Part shown: positions 1-9,254 of the stretch, in pieces
Numbering within the stretch: the first letter of the stretch is position 1
Layout: every line of letters starts with the position of its first letter
Assembly (NCBI GenBank): GCA_017608045.1
Contig: JAFCGN010000002.1
Coordinates: 24,596-88,595 of the forward strand
Reading direction: 5' to 3'
Length of the DNA: 64,000 nt
Origin: Candidatus Parvarchaeota archaeon
GTDB lineage: Archaea; Nanobdellota; Nanobdellia; JAFCGN01
The notes under the pieces: generated by a model
What the model saw: only the letters and a program-made list of their open reading frames with translations
What the model was told of the DNA's origin: nothing
The model's database searches: none
Translations under genes and position numbers: made by a program

Positions 1-702
1 TGCACGCTGTTGTTCTAATTTAAAGTCCATATACTCGCTCGGGTATCCAATAGGTCCTTGAGTCATTGGTTTTTTTGGGTCCAAGTAAGCGTGAGTTGGT
101 TTATAATCTCCAATAAATGATTTTACTTTTTGTTTTGTTTCAATAAAAACAGGTTCATACACATGACTTAAAGTATAACCATCAACAACAACAAAAACAG
201 GGAGCAATGCTTTTTCACTTATTTTATATGCTTGAATTATTGTATCATGTGCTTCTTGTGCGCTTTCACAAAATAATTGAATCCAACTCGTATCTCTTGA
301 ATTCATCATATCTGAGTGATCCGCCCATATGTTTATAGGAGATGAAAGAGCTCTTGAAGCAATTGCAAAAACGCTTGGAAGCCTCATCCCACTTAAAACA
401 TGCAAAACCTCATTCATTAATGCTAAACCTTGACTGCTTGTTGCACTAAATGTTCTAACTCCTGTTGCTGCAGCTCCTAAAATAGCACTGCAAGAACTAT
501 GTTCTGATTCTACCAAAATTAATTCACTGTCCATTTCACCATTATTAATTAATTCTGTTATTTTCTCAGCAATCCATGTTTGTGGTGTAATTGGATAAAC
601 TGCTGTTACTTTTGGTTCGCAAAGTCTGACAGCGTAAGCAATAGCATCACTCGTGCTTAATACTTGTTTTTTTCCATATTCAACTTTTTTAATGCCCACC
701 AT
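1..702 (-). CDS. porA: 2-oxoacid (pyruvate):ferredoxin oxidoreductase alpha subunit, N-terminal part; the gene runs off the window start
   Basis: Minus-strand translation from the ATG at 702..700 reads MVGIKKVEYGKKQVLSTSDAIAYAVRLCEPKVTAVYPITPQTWIAEK..., a typical PorA/KorA N-terminus. Its start overlaps the upstream delta-subunit stop in a TAATG arrangement. The order gamma-delta-alpha is canonical. Confidence 0.7.
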   Translation of the reverse strand, partial: MVGIKKVEYGKKQVLSTSDAIAYAVRLCEPKVTAVYPITPQTWIAEKITELINNGEMDSELILVESEHSSCSAILGAAATGVRTFSATSSQGLALMNEVLHVLSGMRLPSVFAIASRALSSPINIWADHSDMMNSRDTSWIQLFCESAQEAHDTIIQAYKISEKALLPVFVVVDGYTLSHVYEPVFIETKQKVKSFIGDYKPTHAYLDPKKPMTQGPIGYPSEYMDFKLEQQRA

Positions 703-968
703 TATTCTTCATCCTCTTTCATAATGATTGCCTTAACAGGACATACTTCTGCACAAATACCGCATCCTTTGCAATAATCTAAGTTTGCTTCAAAAATTTT
801 CTTCCCATTTTTTGTTGTTTCATATATGCAATTTTCAGGGCAAAAAACCCAACACTTTCCACAACCAATGCATTTTTCAGGAATTACAACAGGTTTAATC
901 GTTTTCCACGCGCCTGTTTTGTACTCTTTTGTATTCCCAACTTTTTTAATTACAGGGTATTTACTCAT
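702..968 (-). CDS. porD: pyruvate:ferredoxin oxidoreductase delta subunit (2x[4Fe-4S] ferredoxin-like)
   Basis: The 88-aa product carries two CxxCxxCxxxCP motifs (CIGCGKCWVFCP and CKGCGICAEVCP). It sits between porG and porA. Confidence 0.8.
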   Translation of the reverse strand: MSKYPVIKKVGNTKEYKTGAWKTIKPVVIPEKCIGCGKCWVFCPENCIYETTKNGKKIFEANLDYCKGCGICAEVCPVKAIIMKEDEE

Positions 969-969
969 T

Positions 970-1491
970 TTACAAGACCTTCATTGCTTCTTTAATCATT
1001 TTTGAATTTTTATCAGCTATTTCTTTTGGAAATAATTTGTACAAGCTTTTAATTAAATCCTGTATTTCAAATGATTTTGAAATTTTTGCAAAAGCAGCAA
1101 TTATTAAAGTATTCACAATAGGCTTACCAAGATATCTTATTCCAATACTGTTTAAATCATAAGTAATTGTTTTTCTTTCTTCAAAAAAATGCTTTTTTCT
1201 CCCATTTATGATTATTGTTGAACCAGGTATTGTTTCTTTAATAATATCAATTGTTTTTAACATTTTTTCATCAAACATTAGAACAAAATCAGCTTTGTTT
1301 ATTGGTGTTCTCATACTTATTTCTTTTTTGTCTATTCTGCAATAACCATGGACTGGGCCTCCTCTTCTTTCAGCACCAAAACTTGGAAATGCTTGCACTT
1401 CATTACCTCCTTCAAAAGCACTTAATGCAAGAAGTTGTGATGCTGTGAGAACGCCTTGCCCTCCTCTTCCATGAATAATTACTTCTATCAT
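970..1491 (-). CDS. porG: pyruvate:ferredoxin oxidoreductase gamma subunit
   Basis: The IIHGRGGQGVLTASQLLALSAFEGG motif is typical of PorG. The likely true start is the internal Met (MIEVIIHG...); the tracked ORF extends further, to 1551. Confidence 0.8.
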   Translation of the reverse strand: MIEVIIHGRGGQGVLTASQLLALSAFEGGNEVQAFPSFGAERRGGPVHGYCRIDKKEISMRTPINKADFVLMFDEKMLKTIDIIKETIPGSTIIINGRKKHFFEERKTITYDLNSIGIRYLGKPIVNTLIIAAFAKISKSFEIQDLIKSLYKLFPKEIADKNSKMIKEAMKVL

Positions 1492-1529
1492 TAGAAAAAT
1501 ATAAACCTTATAAATATATATTACTTTAC

Positions 1530-2132
1530 ATGTTAAGTCTTTCAAATTCACTTTACTTTTTAAAGGAAAAAAATATTAATGTAGTGGAAACAAGAAGAAT
1601 TTCTTGTAAAACTGACTTAAATAAAATTAAAAGATTCCCACTTGTTTTAAAAATAGATTCAATAGAGTTAATGCACAAAACAGATGTTGGCGGCGTAATT
1701 GTGAATATAAAGAATAAAAGAGAGCTTTTAAATGCATACAATAAATTGAAAAAAATAACTAAACAAATGGTTGTTCAACCAATGGTAAAAGGCACGGAAA
1801 TTATTGTTGGCATAAAAAAAGACCCTGTTTTTGAACAAGTTATTCTTTTTGGCAGCGGAGGAATACTAGCAGAGTTATTCAATGATTTCAGTTTAAGAGT
1901 ATGCCCGATTAACAAAAAAGAAGCGTTGGAAATGATGGAAGAAACAAAAACTTACAAAATATTAGCTGGTTTTAGAGGTGTTGCAAAAACAGACTTAAAT
2001 AAACTTGCTGACCTTTTAGTTAAAATTTCAAGAATATCAGTAAAATATGATTTAAAGGAAATGGATTTAAATCCAATTATTTGTAATGAAGAAGGGTATT
2101 TTGTTGTTGATGCAAGAATAAAGATGCAATGA
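1530..2132 (+). CDS. acetyl-CoA synthetase (ADP-forming) beta-subunit-like ATP-grasp protein, N-terminally short
   Basis: PLVLKIDSIELMHKTDVGGVIVNIKNKRE and EIIVGIKKDPVFEQVILFGSGGILAELFNDFSLRVCPI...YKILAGFRGV match the ATP-grasp_5 / ACD beta family. An upstream in-frame stop at 1476 leaves no longer start, so the protein is 200 aa against about 230 for canonical beta subunits. Confidence 0.6.
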   Translation: MLSLSNSLYFLKEKNINVVETRRISCKTDLNKIKRFPLVLKIDSIELMHKTDVGGVIVNIKNKRELLNAYNKLKKITKQMVVQPMVKGTEIIVGIKKDPVFEQVILFGSGGILAELFNDFSLRVCPINKKEALEMMEETKTYKILAGFRGVAKTDLNKLADLLVKISRISVKYDLKEMDLNPIICNEEGYFVVDARIKMQ

Positions 2133-2143
2133 ATTAAAAAGTG

Positions 2144-3475
2144 TTATAGACTTCTTACACATCTTAGTGGTTCGTCAAAACAAGGAATCCCATTATTAAT
2201 TAAGTACTCTTTTGCTTTTTCAACCTTTTCTCCACCTATAAAGCATGCAACAACACGAGTATTCTTTTCAAGATTTTTTTTGAATTCAATTATTTTTTCA
2301 GCAGTTTTAAATGGTTCTGTCATTGTTTGAGGTGTGAGTATGATTATGTAATTCTCAAATAGTTTGCATTTTGCCATTGTTTTAAAACATTTTTCATATC
2401 TTTCTGCAAGAGCATCGCCTACAATATCTATTGGATTATGATGAGACCACGCTTTTGGCAAAAAATTGTTTAATTCTCTTATTATTTTTTCAGGAAGTTT
2501 AGGAAGCACTAACTTATTCTCCTCGCAATAATCTGTTGTTAAAATGCCAGGTCCTCCAGCATTAGTGATTATGCATGTTTTCCTCCCTTTTTTATTATAC
2601 CCTTGTTTTTCAATGAGTAAAGCTTTATCAAATAATTCTGTTAGCGTTTTTGCTGAAATAACTTGTGCTTGTTTAAATGCAAATTCATAAATTTCTTTGC
2701 TTCCTGCCATGCTTCCAGTATGAGAACTCACAGCTTTGCTTCCTTCACTGCTTTTACCTCCTTTTAAAACAATTATGGGTTTATCAGATTTTTTTGCTAA
2801 TTTCATAAATCTTTTTCCTTCTTTTAAGGATTCAATATATAAACAAATTACGCTTGTTTCTTTATCTTTAATTAGGTACTCAATAACATCGCAGAAATTA
2901 ATTCCTGCCATATTACCTATGCTTATGAACTTGCTTAATCCGAACCCTTTTTTAATAAAATAATCGAGAATGCCTACTCCAAGCGCACCGCTTTGACTTA
3001 CAAAACTTATCTTTCCTTTCTTAGGCAAGCCATTAAAAAAACTTGCATTCATTTTGTTTGAAGTATTTATAACTCCTAAACAATTAGGTCCTATTAAATT
3101 CATTTTATATTTTTCACAAATTGATTTAAGTTTATTTTCAGAAATTATGTCTCCTACTTCTTTATACCCTGAAGAAATAATAATAACATTTTTTACTTTT
3201 TTTTCACCGCATTCTTTTAACACTTTTTCAACAATTATTTTAGGAACTGCTATGATTGCAGTGTCAATATTTTCTGAAACACTTAAGACATTTTTATAAC
3301 ATTTTTTGTTTAAGATTTTATCATACTTTGGGTTTATTGGAAAAATATTTGCTTTTGAATTTATCAAATTTTTTAATAATGCATACCCAACCTTTTTTGG
3401 ATTTGATGAAGCGCCTATAATTGCAATACTTTTTGAATTAAAAAGAGTGTTCAAATCGTGTTTAATCTTTGCCAT
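2144..3475 (-). CDS. acetyl-CoA synthetase (ADP-forming) alpha subunit (CoA-binding, succinyl-CoA synthetase-like)
   Basis: SIAIIGASSNPKKVGYALLKNL is a CoA-binding Rossmann motif; CoA-ligase and succinyl-CoA-synthetase-like domains follow; about 445-460 aa. The tracked ORF starts at 3526, but the MAKIKHD Met at 3475 avoids overlapping the divergent tmk. Confidence 0.7.
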   Translation of the reverse strand: MAKIKHDLNTLFNSKSIAIIGASSNPKKVGYALLKNLINSKANIFPINPKYDKILNKKCYKNVLSVSENIDTAIIAVPKIIVEKVLKECGEKKVKNVIIISSGYKEVGDIISENKLKSICEKYKMNLIGPNCLGVINTSNKMNASFFNGLPKKGKISFVSQSGALGVGILDYFIKKGFGLSKFISIGNMAGINFCDVIEYLIKDKETSVICLYIESLKEGKRFMKLAKKSDKPIIVLKGGKSSEGSKAVSSHTGSMAGSKEIYEFAFKQAQVISAKTLTELFDKALLIEKQGYNKKGRKTCIITNAGGPGILTTDYCEENKLVLPKLPEKIIRELNNFLPKAWSHHNPIDIVGDALAERYEKCFKTMAKCKLFENYIIILTPQTMTEPFKTAEKIIEFKKNLEKNTRVVACFIGGEKVEKAKEYLINNGIPCFDEPLRCVRSL

Positions 3476-3512
3476 AGTAATCTTTAAGAAATACATAATA
3501 ATAATCTTTGTT

Positions 3513-4136
3513 ATGAGCTTGTTCATAGTTTTTGAAGGATTAGATGGTTCAGGATTGTCAACGCAAGCAAAACTTCTTTCAGAGTTTTTTAAAAAACAAA
3601 AATATAATAATGTTATTACAAAAGAACCAACAAATAATCTTATTGGAGGGATTATACGCGCATCATTAAAAAAAGAACTTAAATTAAATTCAAAATCCTT
3701 ACAATTACTATTTGCTTCTGATAGGTGTTATCATCTTGAAACAACTATTAAACCCATGTTAAAGAAAGGCAAGATTGTGATATGTGATAGGTATATTTAT
3801 AGCAGTTATGCTTTTGGCATGGCAGATAATCTTAAATTAGATTGGTTGAAAGCAATTAATCACGGTTTTTTAATTCCTGACATGGTTTTTTTTATAGATG
3901 TGCCGCCGCAAGAGTGCATTAAAAGAATAAAGGATTCAAGAGAAGAAATTGAATTGTTTGAAAAGGAAGATAAATTGAAGAAAGTAAGAGAAAATTATCT
4001 TGCTCTTGTAAAAGAAAATCAGAATTTTTACAGAATTGATGGCACGCAAACAATTAAAGAAGTTCATGAAGCAACTGTTGAATTCATCAGAAGATATTTA
4101 AAACAAAATAAAAAGGACTTGCAGAAATTTCTTTGA
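3513..4136 (+). CDS. tmk: thymidylate kinase
   Basis: IVFEGLDGSGLSTQAKLL is the P-loop of dTMP kinase, and the DRYIYSSYAF motif is present. The start is the internal Met (MSLFIVFEG); the longer tracked ORF overlaps the divergent gene. Confidence 0.75.
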   Translation: MSLFIVFEGLDGSGLSTQAKLLSEFFKKQKYNNVITKEPTNNLIGGIIRASLKKELKLNSKSLQLLFASDRCYHLETTIKPMLKKGKIVICDRYIYSSYAFGMADNLKLDWLKAINHGFLIPDMVFFIDVPPQECIKRIKDSREEIELFEKEDKLKKVRENYLALVKENQNFYRIDGTQTIKEVHEATVEFIRRYLKQNKKDLQKFL

Positions 4137-4141
4137 TTTAT

Positions 4142-4942
4142 TCAAAACATTTTTTTGAATTTTAAAGCATCTTTTTCATTTAAAGGAGATTCAGAAGTAA
4201 AACTTAGATTATTAAGTTTCATTTCTTTAATTGCTTTTGCTAAAAGCGTATAATCTGGTTTTTTAGTTTTTAAAGGAAGATGGTGTTTCTCGCCCTTACT
4301 CCCGTATTCTACGCATGTTATGTGGCAGTGAAGGTTTTTTAACAATTTTTTTGGAAACTTTTTTAACAAATTTTTAAAATCATCAATTGTTTTTAAACCA
4401 CCATTTGTTCTTGCATGCACATGTGCAAAATCAAGACACACATTTATTCCAAGGTCTTTGTGCAAATCCAATATTTCATCTACACTTCCAAACTTACTTT
4501 TACTACCCATGTTTTCAGGACTTAATAGCACAGCATAATTATGTGATTTTATTCTATCAATTATTTTGCTTAAATTGTTAAGTATGTTTTCATACGCGAT
4601 TTTTGGAGAGTCTTTCATATAAAATCCTGGGTGAAAAACAACTCTTTTCGCACCAAGAAAATTAGCAATTTTATTTGTTTGAAATATTCTCTCCATGCTT
4701 GCTTTCAATTTTAATTTATCCTTACTATTCAGGTTTAAATAATATGGTGCATGGCATGTTAAAAACAATTTCAACTTTTTTGCTTTTTTTCCAAAATCAA
4801 GTGCTTTTTCTTTAGTCATATAAATATTTCTTACAAACTCTACTTCCATCCCATTTAAGCCAATTTTTTTAACATAATTTAAAGAATCATAAATGCTTCC
4901 ATTAAAACTTGTTGGTTTCCCTGCACACAAGAATTTAAGCAT
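4142..4942 (-). CDS. nfo: AP endonuclease family 2 / deoxyribonuclease IV
   Basis: A xylose-isomerase-like TIM barrel with the conserved histidine/acid pattern (HAPYYLNL, HPGFY, VCLDFAHVHA). The tracked ORF starts at 5011, but that extension overlaps a Sec61beta-like gene, so the MLKFLCAGK start at 4942 is proposed. Confidence 0.65.
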   Translation of the reverse strand: MLKFLCAGKPTSFNGSIYDSLNYVKKIGLNGMEVEFVRNIYMTKEKALDFGKKAKKLKLFLTCHAPYYLNLNSKDKLKLKASMERIFQTNKIANFLGAKRVVFHPGFYMKDSPKIAYENILNNLSKIIDRIKSHNYAVLLSPENMGSKSKFGSVDEILDLHKDLGINVCLDFAHVHARTNGGLKTIDDFKNLLKKFPKKLLKNLHCHITCVEYGSKGEKHHLPLKTKKPDYTLLAKAIKEMKLNNLSFTSESPLNEKDALKFKKMF

Positions 4943-4985
4943 ATGCAAATATAAAATTGTTTTAAGCTTATTTAATTTGTTAAAA

Positions 4986-5162
4986 TTAGAATCCAAAAAA
5001 TCCTGGACCAACTATGTGTAAAATAATCACAACTACAATAAGCAATCCTGTTAAAAAAAGCACTTTATCCGGGTCTATATGTAATTTGCTTTTGTAATTA
5101 TCAAAATACCTAACAATTCCGCCCATGCCACTTGGCATACTTATTTGCGCTTTTTTATTCAT
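4986..5162 (-). CDS. secG: preprotein translocase subunit Sec61beta (archaeal SecG), 58 aa
   Basis: Minus-strand ORF MNKKAQISMPSGMGGIVRYFDNYKSKLHIDPDKVLFLTGLLIVVVIILHIVGPGFFGF has the SxGLxRYFDE box plus a C-terminal transmembrane helix typical of Sec61beta. It is too short for the ORF track. Confidence 0.55.
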   Translation of the reverse strand: MNKKAQISMPSGMGGIVRYFDNYKSKLHIDPDKVLFLTGLLIVVVIILHIVGPGFFGF

Positions 5163-5254
5163 AGAATTTTTACAATAACTTTGTATTTAAAAATTTAATT
5201 AATTAGAATATAAAACAGATATTTTTTAAAAAGATTACTAATATAATAAAGAAT

Positions 5255-5542
5255 ATGGAATACGCTTATTTTTTTGAAAATAAAATTAAAGATAGTAAGT
5301 ATAAACTGAAAGAACTTTTTTTGGTTAATGCTTTCTTAGAAAAGAAAGACAGGTTTTCTTTAGAGGATTATAGAAGAATAAAAAAAATTTTGAACAATTT
5401 TTCAGAGAAAAAAGAAGGTATTCTTGAAACTAAATTATCCGAAAAATTTACACCAATTATTGATATGTTAGTTTATTTAATAAAAAATAATGAAGGAAAA
5501 AATGTAAGGGATTTAATAAAATATTTAGAAATTAATTCTTAA
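5255..5542 (+). CDS. hypothetical protein
   Basis: A 95-aa ORF in a gene-free gap with composition typical of the genome; no recognisable motif. Confidence 0.35.
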   Translation: MEYAYFFENKIKDSKYKLKELFLVNAFLEKKDRFSLEDYRRIKKILNNFSEKKEGILETKLSEKFTPIIDMLVYLIKNNEGKNVRDLIKYLEINS

Positions 5543-5546
5543 AGAA

Positions 5547-5871
5547 GTGACTGAACAATACCCCGTCTTTTGTTAGCAGAGATCTGTTCAAAAATGAACC
5601 ATCATTCTGCTCGTGGTATTCAACTAAGCAGTTAAAAACCTTGCACCATCCAGGATAGGCCGTTTCAACCTTAAGCAGGGAAACATCAATTCTGCATATC
5701 ATCTTTAACCCTACCAGGTTCGTTTCTGCTCCATACCAGCGGTTCTCCCGCTCCCAATTGCTTGGGTGGAAAAGAGTGTTTGGGAAATGAATCCCAAATA
5801 ACTCATTTGGTGGACGAGAGTTCCTCAGCATTGCATTATGCAATACCGACAACCACGTTGTTCAGTCACTG
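5547..5871 (+). ncRNA. GC-rich structured RNA of about 325 nt, candidate SRP (7S) RNA; RNase P RNA is the alternative
   Basis: A sharp GC-rich island in AT-rich DNA. A terminal helix GUGACUGAACAA...UUGUUCAGUCAC pairs the 5' and 3' ends, and a T7 run follows at 5872. CCAGGAUAGG....AAGCAGGG resembles the SRP helix-8 flanks CCAGGUCAGG...AAGCAGCC. No GGAAAGUCC P4 motif was found. The overlapping 106-aa minus ORF has atypical composition and is likely spurious. Confidence 0.4.
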
Positions 5872-5878
5872 TTTTTTT
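5872..5878 (+). terminator. oligo-T tract immediately 3' of the structured RNA
   Basis: TTTTTTT directly after the terminal helix, as expected for archaeal Pol III-like termination. Confidence 0.4.
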
Positions 5879-5952
5879 GGAATGCTTTTTTGAGTATTTA
5901 AGCCTTACTTTTTGCAAAAATATTTTTATTGATTTAAATGCTTTTATTTAAA

Positions 5953-6693
5953 ATGCAAATTGTAGGACACAAGGGGTGTGGGAAAAACACTATTGCTTCT
6001 TTTAAGAAAGCAATAAATGATGGAGCAGATGAAATAGAGTTTGATGTTAGGTCAACAAAAGATGAAAAATTCATCATTATTCATGAAGAGAAAGTAAAAT
6101 CAAAAATTGTTGAAAAAACTAATTATGAAGAATTAAAAAAATTAAAAAGAAACTTGCTTTTACTTGAAGAGGTTCTAATTTTTTTAAGAAAAAATTTTAA
6201 CAAAAGAATACACCTTGATTATAAATCAAAAAATAATGAGGAAGAATTAATAAAAATTATTAAAAAATATTATGCTCTGAACAAGGTTTTATTTAATTCA
6301 TTGCACGTTAAAGTGCTGAAAAAAATTAAAAAAATTGAGCCAAGAGCAAGAGTAGCAATAAGTTTTCCAGAAGACAAAAACCATATTTCTGAAAAAAAGA
6401 TTATGAAACCCTTAGTGGATTTTTATTTGTTCTTTAACAAAAAAATAATTAAGAAAAAGGCATTTAATTTAATAAAAAAATCAGATTCAGAAGCAATCAT
6501 GCTTTATTATAAATTGATTACAAAAGAGTTAGTTGATTTTCTTCATTCAAAAGATTATAAAATACATGCATGGACAGTTGATGATATTGATGTGGTAAGA
6601 AAATTGGTTTTATGGGGTGTGGATAGTATAACAACAAACAACCCCGGGTTTTTGAAAACAAAAATTAAAAATAGATTATTAATTACTTATTAG
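5953..6693 (+). CDS. glycerophosphodiester phosphodiesterase family protein
   Basis: QIVGHKGCGKNTIASFKKAINDGADEIEFDVRSTKDEKFIIIHEE matches the GDPD signature (H-R/K-G...E-D-V...HD). Confidence 0.65.
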   Translation: MQIVGHKGCGKNTIASFKKAINDGADEIEFDVRSTKDEKFIIIHEEKVKSKIVEKTNYEELKKLKRNLLLLEEVLIFLRKNFNKRIHLDYKSKNNEEELIKIIKKYYALNKVLFNSLHVKVLKKIKKIEPRARVAISFPEDKNHISEKKIMKPLVDFYLFFNKKIIKKKAFNLIKKSDSEAIMLYYKLITKELVDFLHSKDYKIHAWTVDDIDVVRKLVLWGVDSITTNNPGFLKTKIKNRLLITY

Positions 6694-6742
6694 TAATAAA
6701 CAAATCGAAAGATTTTAAAAAAAGAATTATGTTTTTAAGTTT

Positions 6743-7087
6743 ATGATGGGTGAATTAAGAAATAATCCACAGAATTTTATAGATGTGTTTGCTGAGGATA
6801 TTTTAGAAAATATTTTAGAGCAAGGAGGTATTGAAACTTTAACAAGGTTAGATAAAAACTCTGCTAAAAAATGGTTAAGACGATTACAACTTGATGAAAT
6901 ATCTTTGACAGCACTAATTGAAGAAAAATTAAGTAATTATGAGGAATTAGATGATAGAACACAATATGAAAGATTGCATGCAGTTGTATCTAAAGCAATT
7001 CCTCTTTATGTTTCAATAAAGGAGTACAATAAAAAAGTGATTGAAAAAATTCTTGATTTAAGAGATAAATACTTTCAAATGTCTTAA
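6743..7087 (+). CDS. hypothetical protein
   Basis: A 114-aa ORF with no recognisable motif. Confidence 0.35.
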   Translation: MMGELRNNPQNFIDVFAEDILENILEQGGIETLTRLDKNSAKKWLRRLQLDEISLTALIEEKLSNYEELDDRTQYERLHAVVSKAIPLYVSIKEYNKKVIEKILDLRDKYFQMS

Positions 7088-7098
7088 TTTTAATAAGA

Positions 7099-7284
7099 TT
7101 ATACTTTAGTGACTTCAATGCTTTTCACAGGACATTCCTTTTCTGCTTTAAGCACGCATTTTTCATTAGTGAGTGACTTAGCATGTGCTTTTCCATTATT
7201 TTTTAATGAAAATACTTTTGGGCAGATTATTGTACAATTCCCGCATCCTATGCATGTTTCTTCATTAACTCTGACTTTAAACAT
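7099..7284 (-). CDS. 4Fe-4S ferredoxin
   Basis: The 61-aa product has CIGCGNCTIICP and a second Cys cluster (CVLKAEKECP). Confidence 0.7.
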   Translation of the reverse strand: MFKVRVNEETCIGCGNCTIICPKVFSLKNNGKAHAKSLTNEKCVLKAEKECPVKSIEVTKV

Positions 7285-7309
7285 GTTTTTTAATTAGAAG
7301 TTTTAAAGA

Positions 7310-8740
7310 TTAAAACTTTTTTACTAAGTAAGTTGTTTTTTCGTCTTCATCTTTTAGTTCAATACCTAATTTAAGAAGTTTTTCTCTTATTTTATCGCTT
7401 TTTTCATAATCCTTTTTTTTTCTGAATTCACTTCTTAAGTCAATTATAATTTTAATTAAAGGGTCAATTTCAATTTCTTTCTTTTTTTCTTTCAATTTAA
7501 GACCTAGTGTTCGTCCAAGAAGAATAATTGTTTCTTTTGCTTTGTTTAAAATTTCTTTTTTATTATCTAAATTCTTATTCACTTTTTTCATGAATTCATA
7601 AATCTCTTTTAAAGCTAATGGAGTGTTTAAGTCATCATCCATTGCAACTTCAAATTTTCTTTTAAGAATTTCAATTTCTTTTTTTAAATTTGTCTTGCTC
7701 CCTCCTTCTGAATTTTTAATAAGGTTTAATGTTGTATAAAATTTTTCAAGATTTTTCTTTGCAGTTTCAAGATTTTTCTTTGTATAATTGCTTGCAGTTC
7801 TATAATGGCTACTAATTAAAAACATTTTTACAACTTCGCCACCCCATTCATTAATTGCTTCTCTTGCAGTATAATAATTTCCTTTGCTTTTACTCATTTT
7901 TTCTCCATTAATTAATAAGAATTCATTATGAAGCCAATAATTTACCCATTTTTTTCCAGTATACCCCTCGCTTTGCGCTATCTCATTTGGGTGATGCACA
8001 TAAATATGATCCTTACCACCACAATGAATATCAAAATGTTCTCCAAGATACTTAATACTCATTGCAGAACATTCAATATGCCAACCAGGATAACCAACAC
8101 TCCAAGGGCTTGGCCATCTCATTATATGCCCTTTTGTTGCTTTTATCCAAAGAGCAAAATCTTTTATATGACGCTTGTTTGGGTCTTTTTCTACTCTTGC
8201 TTTTCCTCCGCTTTTTAATAAATTCATTCCAAACAAGGTATTATATTTTGGAAAAGAAGTTATATCATAATAGACATTTCCATCAACAATGTAAGCATGT
8301 TTTTTTTCAAGCAAGACTTTAATCATTTCTTGCATTTCTAAAATGTGGCCTGTTGCTCTTGGATAAATATCTGCGCGCATTATATTTAAGTCATCTATGT
8401 CTTTGAAAAAATCTGCAATATATTTTTCTACTAATGCCATTGGCTGCATCTTTTTTTCCTTTGCACTTTTCAATATTTTATCTTCTGCACCAACATCAAC
8501 ATCACCTACGAGGTGCCCTACATCAGTAAAGTTTTGAACATGAAAAACATCATATCCCTTGTATAAAAGATATCTTTTTAAAACATCCCATGATGCGTAA
8601 GCTCGAGCATTACCAATATGCATGTCTGAATAAACAGTTTGACCACAAGAATAAAATCTTACTTTGCCTTTTTCAATTGGTTCAAAAACTTCTTTTTTAC
8701 GAGTCATTGTGTTAAAAAGCCTTAATACCATAAATTTCAA
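7310..8740 (-). CDS. cysS: cysteinyl-tRNA synthetase
   Basis: Class I HIGH (HIGNARAY) and KMSKS motifs, with zinc-binding Cys residues; 476 aa. Confidence 0.9.
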   Translation of the reverse strand: MKFMVLRLFNTMTRKKEVFEPIEKGKVRFYSCGQTVYSDMHIGNARAYASWDVLKRYLLYKGYDVFHVQNFTDVGHLVGDVDVGAEDKILKSAKEKKMQPMALVEKYIADFFKDIDDLNIMRADIYPRATGHILEMQEMIKVLLEKKHAYIVDGNVYYDITSFPKYNTLFGMNLLKSGGKARVEKDPNKRHIKDFALWIKATKGHIMRWPSPWSVGYPGWHIECSAMSIKYLGEHFDIHCGGKDHIYVHHPNEIAQSEGYTGKKWVNYWLHNEFLLINGEKMSKSKGNYYTAREAINEWGGEVVKMFLISSHYRTASNYTKKNLETAKKNLEKFYTTLNLIKNSEGGSKTNLKKEIEILKRKFEVAMDDDLNTPLALKEIYEFMKKVNKNLDNKKEILNKAKETIILLGRTLGLKLKEKKKEIEIDPLIKIIIDLRSEFRKKKDYEKSDKIREKLLKLGIELKDEDEKTTYLVKKF

Positions 8741-8827
8741 GACAACTTTAAGGTTTAAAAAATTTATTAATGCAGTAAATATTGGGAAAGAAACTTTTAT
8801 AAAAAGATATTAGTAAATATTTTTTTC

Positions 8828-9160
8828 ATGGATTACAATTTTGATTTAATTGAATATGAAAAAGAAGATTTTTATAATAGAGTATTTCATAAAGCGCGTT
8901 TAATGATAAGAAACACACCTGATTTAATTGCTGTTTATAAAAATTTAGACAATGTTGATGATTGTAAATCTGTTTTATTAGATTTAATTGATCAAGTGCA
9001 AGAAACAAAGGTTTTTGTTAAACAAAAGGAATTGTTTGGGATAGACTTATGTAAAAACGGTTTAACTTTAAAAGACTTATTAGAATTAACCTTAAAAGCA
9101 ACACATGATGCAGCAGAGAGCTTTTCAACAGACGAAATCTTGTTTTTAGATTCTTTTTAA
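8828..9160 (+). CDS. hypothetical protein
   Basis: A 110-aa acidic ORF with no motif. Confidence 0.35.
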   Translation: MDYNFDLIEYEKEDFYNRVFHKARLMIRNTPDLIAVYKNLDNVDDCKSVLLDLIDQVQETKVFVKQKELFGIDLCKNGLTLKDLLELTLKATHDAAESFSTDEILFLDSF

Positions 9161-9254
9161 AATCTTGTTATCAGTTTTTGCCTTTAATTAAACATTTCTC
9201 ATATTTATAAAAAAATGAAAATATGAATGCCGTGCATAAATGAGTATTGCCAAT

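Noticed and set aside
1251-1741. Short ORFs 1251..1448 (+) and 1553..1741 (-)
   Set aside because: They are antisense to porG and the ACD beta-like gene. No motifs are present, so they are typical shadow ORFs.
5532-5852. 106-aa minus-strand ORF
   Set aside because: It is embedded in the GC-rich structured RNA locus. Its amino-acid composition (W/R/P/H-rich) is unlike neighbouring proteins, so it is most likely non-coding.
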